From Candidatus Coproplasma sp. (GTDB taxonomy: Bacteria > Bacillota > Clostridia > Christensenellales > Borkfalkiaceae), in NCBI GenBank assembly GCA_051884155.1, contig JBJEVB010000008.1:5745-69744 (forward strand): a stretch of 64,000 nucleotides of DNA, written 5' to 3'. The notes beneath the pieces are model-generated. The model was given only the letters and a program-made list of their open reading frames with translations, searched no databases and was not told the DNA's origin. Below, piece after piece: positions 1-9,827 of the stretch. Both the position numbers and the translations under genes were made by a program. Positions within the stretch are counted from its first letter, which is position 1. Each line of letters begins with the position of its first letter.

Positions 1-986
1 GCGCCTGCACCCTGCACAGGCTTATCTATCAGTCGCAGACAATTGAGCAGGAAGTCGAAGTAAACGGCAAAAAGATTAAGGTTGAAAAGCTGATTTTTAA
101 GCGCAGAGAGAGCATTGATAAGGCGATTAAACTTATCGTAATAGACGAAGCTTCTATGGTTTCCGACGAAGTGCTTTTAGATATTTTAAACTTCGGCGTT
201 AAAGTGCTTTTGTGCGGCGACGACGCGCAGCTGCCGCCCGTAGAAGGCTTTAACAGTTTTTTAAAGCACCCCGACCACACCTTGACGCAGATTGTAAGGC
301 AGCAGCAGGACAACCCCATAATTCAGCTTGCCACCCTTGCAAGGGAAGGTAAGCCCATACCCTTCGGCAATTTCGGGGGGAAGGCTTCGGTCGTGTCCCA
401 AAGAAATTTAACGGGCGAAAAACGGCAAGGGCTACTCACCCGTTGCGACCAGATTATCTGCGGACTAAACAGAACGAGAACTAAGCTTAACGACGAAGTA
501 AGGGCGATTTTGGGCTTTGAAGGGCTGCCCCAAAACGGTGAAAAGCTTATATGTACCTTCAACAATTGGGAACAATATATCGACGGCGAAATGCGCTTTA
601 ACCTTGTAAACGGCATAATCGGCACCGCGTTAGACCCCTTTTACGGCGCCAACCCGTATATGGGTTTTATGCAGTTTAAGCCCGACTTTTTAGACGAGAT
701 TTGCCCAGACGCCCTGCCGTTCGATACGGGTATTTTCGAAAGCGGCGAATACCGCTATAAGCACGGCGACAGCTTTCCAAAGTTCGACGAAAACGGCGAG
801 CCTATAGGCGTGTTTCAATTGAACAGGTTTGAGTTTGGCTACTGCATATCCTGCCATAAATCGCAGGGGTCGGAATTTGACAAGGTGGTCGCGTTTGACG
901 AGAGCTACGCCTTTAAGGAAGATAAAAACCGCTGGCTTTACACCGCCGTAACGAGAGCGAAGGAAAAGCTTGTACTTGTAAGGTAA
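1..986 (+). CDS. RecD/Pif1-like SF1 DNA helicase, C-terminal part (5' end outside window)
   Basis: Frame open from nt 3. Helicase motifs LIVIDEASMV (II), LLCGDDAQLPPV (III), CHKSQGSEFD (V), YTAVTRAKEKLVLV (VI). Confidence 0.8.
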   Translation, partial: ACTLHRLIYQSQTIEQEVEVNGKKIKVEKLIFKRRESIDKAIKLIVIDEASMVSDEVLLDILNFGVKVLLCGDDAQLPPVEGFNSFLKHPDHTLTQIVRQQQDNPIIQLATLAREGKPIPFGNFGGKASVVSQRNLTGEKRQGLLTRCDQIICGLNRTRTKLNDEVRAILGFEGLPQNGEKLICTFNNWEQYIDGEMRFNLVNGIIGTALDPFYGANPYMGFMQFKPDFLDEICPDALPFDTGIFESGEYRYKHGDSFPKFDENGEPIGVFQLNRFEFGYCISCHKSQGSEFDKVVAFDESYAFKEDKNRWLYTAVTRAKEKLVLVR

Positions 987-1049
987 GTTTATCTGCGTTA
1001 GTTAAGTAAATATTAAGGAATAAACAAAAGGCAAAATTAAGGCATAACG

Positions 1050-1976
1050 ATGGGTTTTGAAATTACGTTTTCCAACGTCCTATTGACGCTGATTTATATA
1101 ATTCCGGGATTTTTAATCTGCAAAGTTAAAAAGGCGTCGGCAGAGCATTTGCCAACACTTTCGGCGGTTTTGGTCTACGTACTGTCCCCGTGCATGATAA
1201 TTTCGTCGTTTATCTCACTCGATTATTCGACGGAAAACTTAATCAATATGGGGCTGTTTTTTATAGCCGTTTTGGTTTTGCAAATCGTGTTCATGCTCGT
1301 ACTGTTTTTGATTTTCAAAAGCAAATACGAAGACAGCAAGTACCGCATTTTAACGATAGGTTCGGTTCTCGGCAACGTAGGATTTTTCGGCTTGCCCATA
1401 ATAAAAGGGCTGTTCCCGAACAACCCCGAAGTTGCTTGCTACTCTTCCGTCTACGTCGTTGCAATGAACATTATCGTGTTTACCGTAGGCGTCTTCTGTT
1501 TGACCAACGATAAAAAATTTATGTCCTTGAAATCGACGCTGTTAAATCCGTCGACGATATCTTTCTTGGTCGCGCTTCCGCTGTTTATCTTCGGCGCAAA
1601 AAATTGGCTGCCCGATTTAGCTATCGAAGGCATTTCCCTTTTAGGCAAAATGACCACGCCGCTATGTATGATAATTCTCGGCATAAGGCTTGCAACCGTT
1701 TCCTTTAAAAAGCTGTTTTCAAGACCGATGGTATATATTATCTGCCTGTGTAAGCTTATAATTTTCCCGTTGTTTTGCTACCTTTGCGTGTACTTTATTC
1801 CCCTTGCGCAGACGTTTAAGGCGAGCGTGTTAATTCTTTCCGGCACGCCCTGCGCGGCGGTTATTTTAAGCCTTGCGGAAATGCACCGCAGCGAAATGGA
1901 GCTTTCGGCAAACTGCATACTACTAAGCACGCTTTTATGTATTGCCACCGTACCGCTTTTAACGCTTTTAATTTAG
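1050..1976 (+). CDS. AEC (auxin efflux carrier) family permease
   Basis: 308 aa with about 10 hydrophobic spans. N-terminus and overall layout are typical of AEC/malate-permease family proteins. Confidence 0.65.
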   Translation: MGFEITFSNVLLTLIYIIPGFLICKVKKASAEHLPTLSAVLVYVLSPCMIISSFISLDYSTENLINMGLFFIAVLVLQIVFMLVLFLIFKSKYEDSKYRILTIGSVLGNVGFFGLPIIKGLFPNNPEVACYSSVYVVAMNIIVFTVGVFCLTNDKKFMSLKSTLLNPSTISFLVALPLFIFGAKNWLPDLAIEGISLLGKMTTPLCMIILGIRLATVSFKKLFSRPMVYIICLCKLIIFPLFCYLCVYFIPLAQTFKASVLILSGTPCAAVILSLAEMHRSEMELSANCILLSTLLCIATVPLLTLLI

Positions 1977-1990
1977 CTAATAAAGATTGA

Positions 1991-2030
1991 AAAATCCCCC
2001 TGCAAGGCGAGCCTTGCAGGGGGATTTTTA
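1991..2030. terminator. Bidirectional intrinsic terminator between convergent genes
   Basis: 12-bp stem CCCCCTGCAAGG/CCTTGCAGGGGG (1996-2023) flanked by an A-run and a T-run. Confidence 0.75.
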
Positions 2031-2047
2031 TTGATTATTTTAATTAA

Positions 2048-2773
2048 TTATTCCTGTGCGGATTTTATAAGGTACTCTGCAATATCTAAGGCGCGGGGGC
2101 AGTTTACGGCGTCTGCGCCCACGTTGCAGAAGGAAACGAAGGTATTAACGTCATCCGCCTTATCTGCTTTTATAAGGCACTTGCCCTTTAACTTAGCCTT
2201 GACGGTGTTTACGATTTCGTTGTCTGCGCCGTTCAATCTTACGCAGTTTACGCCTGCGTCTGCGGCAACCTGACAGGCTTTTACAAGCTCGTTTTCCCTT
2301 AAAACGGCACAGTCGAAGGAAAGCCTTAGCGCACGCACCTTTGCCGCCTTTTTAAGCTTTTTGCACTCGCGCTTGAAGTACTGAAAATTGCCGTCCTTAA
2401 TTAAGGCGATAGGGGCGGAAACTTCCACTTCGTCCACGCCGTCCTTTACCGCACGCTTAACCGCGTCCGCCTTGACTTCGGTAGTATCTCCCCCGTGCGG
2501 ATAGGAAATTGCGGCGATTAGCGAAACCTTAGGGTCTTCACCCAAAAAGCCGACGCACGCCTTTACGAAGGCAGGATAGACGACGAGCGCGCCGATTTCC
2601 TGCACGTTCGCCCTGCGGCATATATCCTTTAAATACGCCTTATCGCACAGCGGGGTCAGGCAGTCGCACTCGATTTTTAAAGCGGTCGCCTTTGCTTCCT
2701 TTACGCGGTTAGCCCTTTTAAATTCTTCAAATTCTTCTTCCGTAGTCTTTGCGGAATTTTCCTGTATTCCCAT
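2048..2773 (-). CDS. DeoC/LacD-like aldolase-fold protein
   Basis: 241 aa. By-eye resemblance to deoxyribose-phosphate aldolase (AISYPHGG, GVDEVEV blocks). The expected catalytic lysines look replaced. Confidence 0.5.
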   Translation of the reverse strand: MGIQENSAKTTEEEFEEFKRANRVKEAKATALKIECDCLTPLCDKAYLKDICRRANVQEIGALVVYPAFVKACVGFLGEDPKVSLIAAISYPHGGDTTEVKADAVKRAVKDGVDEVEVSAPIALIKDGNFQYFKRECKKLKKAAKVRALRLSFDCAVLRENELVKACQVAADAGVNCVRLNGADNEIVNTVKAKLKGKCLIKADKADDVNTFVSFCNVGADAVNCPRALDIAEYLIKSAQE

Positions 2774-2836
2774 AATTACCCCTTTATAAACAAAATATTA
2801 CAGTATTTTACGCCGAAAGTAATTTATTATTGCTCT

Positions 2837-3061
2837 ATGGCGTTGAAAGGTTTTTTATATCTTATTTTAACTTTTGCGTTTTGCTTTATTGTCGTTCACT
2901 TTATCAAGCTTGCGTTGGTAGGGTTTTTAAGCCTTAAGGAAAAGAAACAGCCGCCGCCTAAGCCCGAAAAAAAGAGCGAGCCCGTCTACTATATCGTAGA
3001 AAAAAAGAAACCGCGAAAGGCGACCTATTCCGAGCCCAAAGAGATTGAGTTTAAAAAGTGA
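2837..3061 (+). CDS. Small membrane protein, hypothetical
   Basis: 74 aa with one N-terminal hydrophobic span followed by a Lys/Pro-rich tail. Confidence 0.4.
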   Translation: MALKGFLYLILTFAFCFIVVHFIKLALVGFLSLKEKKQPPPKPEKKSEPVYYIVEKKKPRKATYSEPKEIEFKK

Positions 3062-3102
3062 ATATTGCTATATTTTAGCTTAATTTGAGCTTTTAGGTAA
3101 AA

Positions 3103-3462
3103 TCAGTCTTCGTAACGGGTCAGATTTTTGCCGTCTTCCCAAAGGCGCTCTAAGTGATAGAAGTCTCTCATTTCGTCGTTGAACACATGCACGATTACGT
3201 CTCCGTAGTCAAGCACCGCCCACCTGCCTTCCCTTACGCCTTCTCTGCGGCGGGGCTCTAAATCGTAGTCCTTGCTCAGCTTTTCTTCCAGATTTTCGGC
3301 AAGCGATTTAACCTGCGTGGTCGAACGTCCGCTGCAAATAATGAAATAATCGCACAGCGAAGTCTTGCTTTCAACGTCGATATAGACGACGTCGTAAGCC
3401 TTTTTACTGCTTAAAATTCCGCAGATGAGATTGACCTTTTCTAAACTTTTCATTTCTTCCAT
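3103..3462 (-). CDS. rsfS: Ribosome silencing factor RsfS
   Basis: DYFIICSGRSTTQVKS...WAVLDYGDVIVHVF...YHLERLW is the iojap/RsfS signature. It lies downstream of nadD/yqeK, as in Firmicutes. Confidence 0.9.
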   Translation of the reverse strand: MEEMKSLEKVNLICGILSSKKAYDVVYIDVESKTSLCDYFIICSGRSTTQVKSLAENLEEKLSKDYDLEPRRREGVREGRWAVLDYGDVIVHVFNDEMRDFYHLERLWEDGKNLTRYED

Positions 3463-3494
3463 AGTTTACTCCTTTATCCTATGTGCTAAACGTT

Positions 3495-4619
3495 TTATCT
3501 GTTTTTAATCCATTCGTAGGCGCTTAAGGTCAAGCCGTCCATTTGGGCGCCCGTGCTTTGCAGATAGCGCACCTGATGATATAACGCTTCCTTAAAGCAT
3601 AGCTTTATATCTTCCTTAAAAAGCCCCCTTAAAAAGTCTACGCCGTCAAACTTTCTACCTTCTTCAAGCATATCGCAAAGATACAAAAGTATACCTGCGT
3701 CAGTCATATTTTCCCTGCCCGTAGTGTGGTACTTGATTGCGTCCAAAATAAGCTGGTCGTCTATTTTAAAGGTATGCTCTGCAACGTAAGCCCCCGAATA
3801 CTGATGAATCACAGGCTCGGAAGTGCCTTCGGGGCAGGTAAAGCCTTGAAGATAGGGGCTGTCTAAGCGCAAGTATTTCGCGCAGTCGTGCAACGCCGCC
3901 ATAACTATGGCACGCCTTTCTTCAAGCCCCACGCGCGACGCGTTTTCCGCACACATAATTGCAACGCGCAGGGTGTGTTCCCAACGGCTTCTTTTAAGCA
4001 TTTCCCTGACGGGCAGAACGTCGTTCATTATATACAAGCCGTTGTCCTTTATATATTGACAAACTTTTTTAGGAACATACCCACTGAAATCTTCGTCCAA
4101 AGCGGCGAGCGTGCGCACCGCAGTAGAGCTTACCTTTTCGCCGACGAAGGGAATTATCGAAACCTTACAGTTAAATTGCTCTTCCACCTTACGGGCGGCG
4201 ATTGAAAAACTATTCCTTTCTTCCCTTGCGCACGCGGCGAGCGTGAACAGACTTAAAATTTTATCGGGGTTCTTCCATTTGGGGAAGCTTGCAAGCATAT
4301 CTCCGCCGATAATTAAAAACCTTTCGGCGTCTGGGTACTGCCTTGCAATATGTTCGCAGGTTAAATAGGTGTAAGATACGCCGCCTTTAGTCAGCTCGTA
4401 GTTGGAAACTTCCGCTTCGGGGATATCTCCGAACGCCAAACGGCAGCATTCGTAGCGATGCCAAAAATCAACGGCAAGCTTGCCGCTTTTGTGCGGACTG
4501 ATTGCCGATGGCATAATGATTATTTTATCGAGCTTTAATTCCTTGACCGCCAGGCGTGCAAGGTGAACGTGCTCTCTGTGAACGGGGTTAAACGCACCCC
4601 CGAATACTGCTACCTTCAT
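3495..4619 (-). CDS. nadD: Nicotinate-nucleotide adenylyltransferase fused to YqeK-type HD hydrolase
   Basis: N-terminus GGAFNPVHREH (nucleotidyltransferase motif). C-terminal half RWEHTLRV...ALHDCAKY (HD domain) in the same ORF. Confidence 0.85.
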   Translation of the reverse strand: MKVAVFGGAFNPVHREHVHLARLAVKELKLDKIIIMPSAISPHKSGKLAVDFWHRYECCRLAFGDIPEAEVSNYELTKGGVSYTYLTCEHIARQYPDAERFLIIGGDMLASFPKWKNPDKILSLFTLAACAREERNSFSIAARKVEEQFNCKVSIIPFVGEKVSSTAVRTLAALDEDFSGYVPKKVCQYIKDNGLYIMNDVLPVREMLKRSRWEHTLRVAIMCAENASRVGLEERRAIVMAALHDCAKYLRLDSPYLQGFTCPEGTSEPVIHQYSGAYVAEHTFKIDDQLILDAIKYHTTGRENMTDAGILLYLCDMLEEGRKFDGVDFLRGLFKEDIKLCFKEALYHQVRYLQSTGAQMDGLTLSAYEWIKNR

Positions 4620-4658
4620 ACCGTTTTAAAATTAATCTGTTTTGTCAATAATTTGTGC

Positions 4659-5405
4659 GTGAGAAAAATTAATTTTGCCGTCCTATCCGACGTATTGTTT
4701 TTTACGCTGTGCGCGTTCTTAGTCAGCTTTACCGCATTGCGCTACTTTTTTAAAAGCGTTGCCGTTTCAATTATTATCTCTTGTTTAATTGCCGTTGCAG
4801 TCTTATTAATCTCGCTTTTTTTGACCTTAAAGAAAAGGCAAAAGCTGATTGCCACCACCGTCGGCGAAGGCGAAAGAAAACTGCTTGCAATCTATCTTTC
4901 AACCCTTTCGCCCGATAAACTGAAAAGCCTGTTTTTAGACGCATTAGACGGCGCATATGCCGTAGACAACCGTATAGAAGACGATGAAAACGAATACCGA
5001 TTTGCCTTTAAGCTATCGCCCATAAATTGCGACGATATTGCCGAGCAAATTAGGGGCAGGGGCGAAAAGCAACTTGTAATACTGTGCTGCTCTCTTGCGC
5101 CCGACGCAATAAGCTTTGCCAAAGACTTTTCAACTAAAACGCTGTGCGTGGGGGAAATATATCCCCTTTTAAAGAAAAAGGGGTTACTGCCCGAAAACTA
5201 CCCGTTTGCGTCTTCGGTCAAGAAGGGTGTGTTTAGCAAGGTTAAAAAGCGGTTTAATAGAAGACTTTGCCCTTCCCTTTTCTTTTCGGGACTGTTCCTT
5301 TTAATCTATTCCTTCTTTTCCTTTTATCCCGTATGGTATATAGTTACGGGAAGCGTGCTAACCCTTCTTTCCGCCGTTTGTCTTTTCTTTGCTGAGAGCG
5401 GTTAA
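4659..5405 (+). CDS. Hypothetical membrane protein
   Basis: The ORF-track start at 4563 overlaps nadD. TTG 4653 or GTG 4659 are more plausible starts. Hydrophobic spans at both ends. Confidence 0.5.
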   Translation: MRKINFAVLSDVLFFTLCAFLVSFTALRYFFKSVAVSIIISCLIAVAVLLISLFLTLKKRQKLIATTVGEGERKLLAIYLSTLSPDKLKSLFLDALDGAYAVDNRIEDDENEYRFAFKLSPINCDDIAEQIRGRGEKQLVILCCSLAPDAISFAKDFSTKTLCVGEIYPLLKKKGLLPENYPFASSVKKGVFSKVKKRFNRRLCPSLFFSGLFLLIYSFFSFYPVWYIVTGSVLTLLSAVCLFFAESG

Positions 5406-5695
5406 ATTTTGATGTGGTCGAAATCCTTTCTTGAAGAGCGGCGATAGAGCACGGCTTTTCTGCCTATTACGATAACGCACTCTGCCGAAAGCCTTTCTGC
5501 AAGCTCACGCCCCAGCTCTTTAGGGTCGCCGTCAGCGTTTTCCAAAATGGTTACTTTTATAAGCTCTCTCGCTTCTAAACAGTCTGAAAAGCTTTTAAGC
5601 ATGTTTTCGCCTATGCCTTCTTTGCCCACCTGACCTATGGGGTCTAAGTTGGCGGCGATTGATTTTAATTTACTGCGTTGTTTTGACGTCAACAT
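5402..5695 (-). CDS. yhbY: YhbY-like CRM-domain RNA-binding protein
   Basis: LTSKQRSKLKSIA...IGQVGKEGI...LIKV... pattern. Located between obg and nadD. Confidence 0.85.
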   Translation of the reverse strand: MLTSKQRSKLKSIAANLDPIGQVGKEGIGENMLKSFSDCLEARELIKVTILENADGDPKELGRELAERLSAECVIVIGRKAVLYRRSSRKDFDHIKI

Positions 5696-5729
5696 TATAT
5701 CTTCATCCTTAAATTATAGTTTGTTTCAA

Positions 5730-7013
5730 TCAGGGAACGTAGTCGAATTCCACGTCGCCGATAATTACTGTGTCGCCCTGCTTTAAACCCATTTTGAGCA
5801 GCTTTGAAATTACGCCCTTGTCCCTTAAAATCTTTTGGAAATAAGCCATAGACTCAGCGTCGTTTAAGGCGACGTTTCTGCACAGCATATCGACGAGCGA
5901 GCCTACCACGACGTAAGCGCCGTTTTCGTCTATATAGATTTCAAATTCAAGGTTGCCGCTTTTTCTGTAGGTAAACTCTTCGTCCACTTCTACAGGCTCT
6001 GCCTTAGGAAGAGTGGAAAGTATTTCCCACACGCCCTTTATAAGCTCTTCCGTGCCTTCTCCGCTTACTGCGGTAATGGGGTACAGCTTGTACTTTTTGG
6101 AAAACTTCTTTTTAAACGCCTTTAAGTTTTCTTCCGCGCCGGCAACGTCGCACTTATTAAGCGCAACAACCTGCGGAAGAGACGAAAGCTTTTCGGAATA
6201 CTCTTTAAGCTCTGCATTAATTTTGATAAAGTCGTCTATGGGGTCGCGCTCTTCACAGCCCGAAATATCGACGACGTGAACGAGCATTCTCGTCCTTTCG
6301 ATATGGCGCAAGAAGTCGTGCCCTAAGCCTGCGCCCTGCGCCGCGCCTTCTATAAGACCGGGAATGTCCGCCGCAACGAAGCTGTCGTCGTATAATTTGA
6401 CTACGCCTAAATTGGGCGAAAGCGTGGTAAAGTGATAGTTTGCAATCTTGGGGTGAGCCGCCGTTATCTTTGAAAGCAAGGTGGACTTACCCACGTTGGG
6501 GAAGCCGATAAGACCGACGTCTGCAATGACCTTAAGCTCTAAGGTTAGTTCGTGCAGTTCGGTCTTTTCGCCCTTTTGCGCAAAGTTGGGGGCGTGCCTT
6601 CTCGCAGTTGTAAAGCGCACGTTGCCCTTACCGCCCCTGCCGCCTTCTGCAATCAGCTTTTTATCTGCATCGTTGAACATATCGGCAATGATTGAACCCG
6701 TCTCTACGTCCTTAACGATTGTACCGACGGGTACTTTTATAATTACGTCCGCACCACTCTTGCCGAAGCACTGGTTAGTGCCGCCCCTTTCGCCGTTGCC
6801 TGCAACGTACTTGGTCTTGTACCTGAAGGGAAGAAGGGTGTTTAAAGAGCCGTCTGCAACGATATAGATATCGCCGCCCTTACCGCCGTCGCCGCCGTCC
6901 GGTCCGCAAGCAGGCTTGCCCTTGTACGCCTTGAACGAATTCATACCGTCGCCGCCGTCGCCCGCCTTAATCGTTATTTTAACCTTGTCTATAAAAATTG
7001 AATTATCTGCCAT
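5730..7013 (-). CDS. obg: GTPase Obg
   Basis: Gly-rich Obg fold (AGDGGDG, GGDGGKGGD), G1 motif GFPNVGKST, C-terminal OCT-like domain. Confidence 0.95.
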   Translation of the reverse strand: MADNSIFIDKVKITIKAGDGGDGMNSFKAYKGKPACGPDGGDGGKGGDIYIVADGSLNTLLPFRYKTKYVAGNGERGGTNQCFGKSGADVIIKVPVGTIVKDVETGSIIADMFNDADKKLIAEGGRGGKGNVRFTTARRHAPNFAQKGEKTELHELTLELKVIADVGLIGFPNVGKSTLLSKITAAHPKIANYHFTTLSPNLGVVKLYDDSFVAADIPGLIEGAAQGAGLGHDFLRHIERTRMLVHVVDISGCEERDPIDDFIKINAELKEYSEKLSSLPQVVALNKCDVAGAEENLKAFKKKFSKKYKLYPITAVSGEGTEELIKGVWEILSTLPKAEPVEVDEEFTYRKSGNLEFEIYIDENGAYVVVGSLVDMLCRNVALNDAESMAYFQKILRDKGVISKLLKMGLKQGDTVIIGDVEFDYVP

Positions 7014-8436
7014 GATAAACCCTTGTCAACGCCTTAGCCTTTAAACAAAACTCGGCGTTGTTTTCAGTATTGTTCATTGAAGAATACAGCTCTTCTTCCG
7101 TTAAGTTTTTTGAAAGCGCACCGCGTATTTGGGCGGACGCGTCGAGCTCTTGCGCTGAAAGTAAAAGCTCTTCCTTTCTCGCGCCCGAAGAGTGTACGTT
7201 TATTGCAGGGAATATCCTACGCTCTGCCATAGCGCGCGAAAGGGTCAATTCCATATTGCCCATCGACTTAAACTCTTCGTAGATTATATCGTCCAACTTA
7301 CTGCCCGTATCGACGAGCGCAGTAGCGATAATAGTAAGCGAGCCGCCGCAATCTATGTTGCGCGCAGAGCCGAAAATGCGCTTTGCTTCTACTATTGCCT
7401 GCGGGTCAAGTCCGCCCGAAAGCGTCCTGCCTGAATTGCTGAGCGCGTTATACGCACGGGTTAAACGGGTTATACTATCCAACAAAATAACCACGTCCCT
7501 GCCTTCTTCAACCTGCCTTTTTGCATAAGAGAGCGTAAGCGCGGCGACGTGCGTGTGGTGGTAATCGCCCTTGTCGAACGTCGAATAGATTATTTCCGCG
7601 CCTGCAACCGTACGGCGGAAGTCGGTCACTTCTTCAGGTCGTTCATCTATAAGCAATACGATAACCATCGTATCGGGGTGGTTTTCAATTATAGAATTTG
7701 CAATATCCTTAAGCATAGTCGTCTTACCTGCTTTAGGCGGCGAGACGATTAACGCCCTTTGACCAAACCCTATAGGCGAGAACAAATCGATTACTCTGTC
7801 GGTTAAGGTGCAACCCTTGCGCTCTAAGCTTATGCGCCTGTCGGGGAAACAAGCCGTAAGCTCTTCAAACGGGGTTGCCCTGTTAAACGACGGCGCTTTG
7901 CCGTTGACCGAAAGAATATAGATTACGCCCGGACACTCGTTAGGGCGGCGGCGCTTTGCCTTGCATACAATTTTGTCGCCTTCCCTTAAGCGGTATTTGT
8001 TTACGAAGGATACGTGCATAAACACGTCTTCCGTAGAAGATATCTGCATATTCTGCGTGCGGACGAACCAATATTTATCCGAAAATTCCAAAACGCCCGA
8101 ATAGGTTTCGGCGTCTTCTTTTTCTTCTAAAACGGCAACCGCGTCCGTACTCTCTATCTCTTTTTTAAGGCTTACGGAATTTTCTAAATAGCTGTCTCTG
8201 CAAGCGTTAATCTCTTCTAATATCTGATTATCGCAAGCCTGCGATTTGGGGCGCGCGCCGCGCGTTGCTGGCGGACAGGGCTCTGCCTTTGCCGACGCTA
8301 TATCTAAAATATCGCAGATAAGCTCGTCCCGCTTTTTCGTAGTGGGAAGAGAAACGCCTACCGCCCTGCCGATTTGCCTTAGCTCGTAGACGTTTTTATC
8401 CTTGAGTTTGTTCTTTAATTGCTCTAATAATTCCAT
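7003..8436 (-). CDS. rho: Transcription termination factor Rho
   Basis: Rho N-terminal domain, Walker A PPKAGKTTML, RecA-type core. Overlaps the obg start by 11 nt. Confidence 0.95.
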   Translation of the reverse strand: MELLEQLKNKLKDKNVYELRQIGRAVGVSLPTTKKRDELICDILDIASAKAEPCPPATRGARPKSQACDNQILEEINACRDSYLENSVSLKKEIESTDAVAVLEEKEDAETYSGVLEFSDKYWFVRTQNMQISSTEDVFMHVSFVNKYRLREGDKIVCKAKRRRPNECPGVIYILSVNGKAPSFNRATPFEELTACFPDRRISLERKGCTLTDRVIDLFSPIGFGQRALIVSPPKAGKTTMLKDIANSIIENHPDTMVIVLLIDERPEEVTDFRRTVAGAEIIYSTFDKGDYHHTHVAALTLSYAKRQVEEGRDVVILLDSITRLTRAYNALSNSGRTLSGGLDPQAIVEAKRIFGSARNIDCGGSLTIIATALVDTGSKLDDIIYEEFKSMGNMELTLSRAMAERRIFPAINVHSSGARKEELLLSAQELDASAQIRGALSKNLTEEELYSSMNNTENNAEFCLKAKALTRVYHGR

Positions 8437-8739
8437 TATAACGGTGATGCCCCCTGAAATCGAATTTTGAAAGTTTAGAAAAATCGGGAATAATTTTGCT
8501 ATTATCGGCGCTTATAACGCTGATAAACTGGTGAAATAAGGTACGGATTGAGCTGTTATAAACTACAGCCCGTATTGTAAAAACGTTTTGGAATGGCTTT
8601 CGTACTGCCGATAAAAGACGCGTGGCACTAACCTAAACTCAAGTGATAATGAAAGTGCCGACCGAAACGGTAAAATGAAAATATATTTAAGGCGTTACTT
8701 TATTGTAAAAGCGTTGCCTTGAGTATATAGGTTAAAGGC

Positions 8740-9390
8740 TTAGCTCCTGTTTAAGACGATAACGGTCGTTCTCTCGCCGTCGATATCTTCGCGAGAGAGC
8801 TCTATCTCGCCGTCAATTTCCTGAATTTCAACGTTTTCGCCGTCGAATTCGGAGAGAAATTCGTCCACCTTGTCGATATCCAAGTTACAGCCCTTAGTGC
8901 GGTAGTGCATAGGTATAACCACGTCGGGCATAATCCTGTCCACGTATTCCTTTGCCGTTGCACCGTCTATGGTGTACTTGCCGCCGACGGGAATGAGTAG
9001 CACGTTTACGGGCAGAATCGCTTCAATAAGCTCGGGGGTGCAATCTTCGCCCAAATCGCCGAGATGGCATACGTCCAACCCGTCCATACGGAATTTGAAT
9101 ATTACGTTTTCCCCACGCTTTTCGCCTGAAAGGTTGTCGTGAAAGCTCTTTATAGCGTTAATTTCCACACCGGGCAACTCATAGCCCTGCTCCTTATCCA
9201 ACACGACGGGATTGCCTGAAACGTTTTCAACCGCGTCGTGGTCGTAATGGTGATGGGAAACCGTAACCGCATCGGCGGAAACGGGCGGCATTTTGTAACC
9301 TATCTCTTCGCTGAACGGGTCGCACACGACGGTCGTGCCCGTACTCTCTTTAAGAAGGAAACAAGAATGTCCTAAATACTTGATTTTCAT
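8740..9390 (-). CDS. MBL-fold metal-dependent hydrolase
   Basis: MKIKYLGHSCFLL... and VSHHHYDH metal-binding motif. Confidence 0.8.
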   Translation of the reverse strand: MKIKYLGHSCFLLKESTGTTVVCDPFSEEIGYKMPPVSADAVTVSHHHYDHDAVENVSGNPVVLDKEQGYELPGVEINAIKSFHDNLSGEKRGENVIFKFRMDGLDVCHLGDLGEDCTPELIEAILPVNVLLIPVGGKYTIDGATAKEYVDRIMPDVVIPMHYRTKGCNLDIDKVDEFLSEFDGENVEIQEIDGEIELSREDIDGERTTVIVLNRS

Positions 9391-9473
9391 TGATAACCCC
9401 TATTTTTTATTATATGAAAAAATATTTATTTTAAGTAGTTTATTATTTATTTTGCGCCTATCAAGAGCTTAAT

Positions 9474-9827
9474 TCAATCTGCGCCCTTTGCTATAAGCGA
9501 AATATCTACCGACTTGCGCCCGTCGCCGTCGTCGAATACGACAATTATATCTTTCCCTAAGCCGAAGTCCTGAATATTGAGATATGAACAGTACACTTCG
9601 TACGGGGCGGACGCGTTTGAAAGCTTTATTCTGCCGACGGTGCGTTTGCCTTGAACGAATTCAACTTCCAACCCGTCGCCTAAGGCTTTATGCACGACTT
9701 TGTCCTTTTCGATTTTTAAAAGGAAGTCGGCGCCGTCTAACGCGTACAGAACCGTTATCGTTTCGCCCGTAAGCTTTACCTTTGCTTTTACGGGTGCGTT
9801 TTGCCCGAATTTAATAAAATATTCCAT
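9474..9827 (-). CDS. Hypothetical protein (beta-rich)
   Basis: 117-aa ORF whose start overlaps the stop of tyrA. No motif I can name with confidence. Confidence 0.55.
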   Translation of the reverse strand: MEYFIKFGQNAPVKAKVKLTGETITVLYALDGADFLLKIEKDKVVHKALGDGLEVEFVQGKRTVGRIKLSNASAPYEVYCSYLNIQDFGLGKDIIVVFDDGDGRKSVDISLIAKGAD

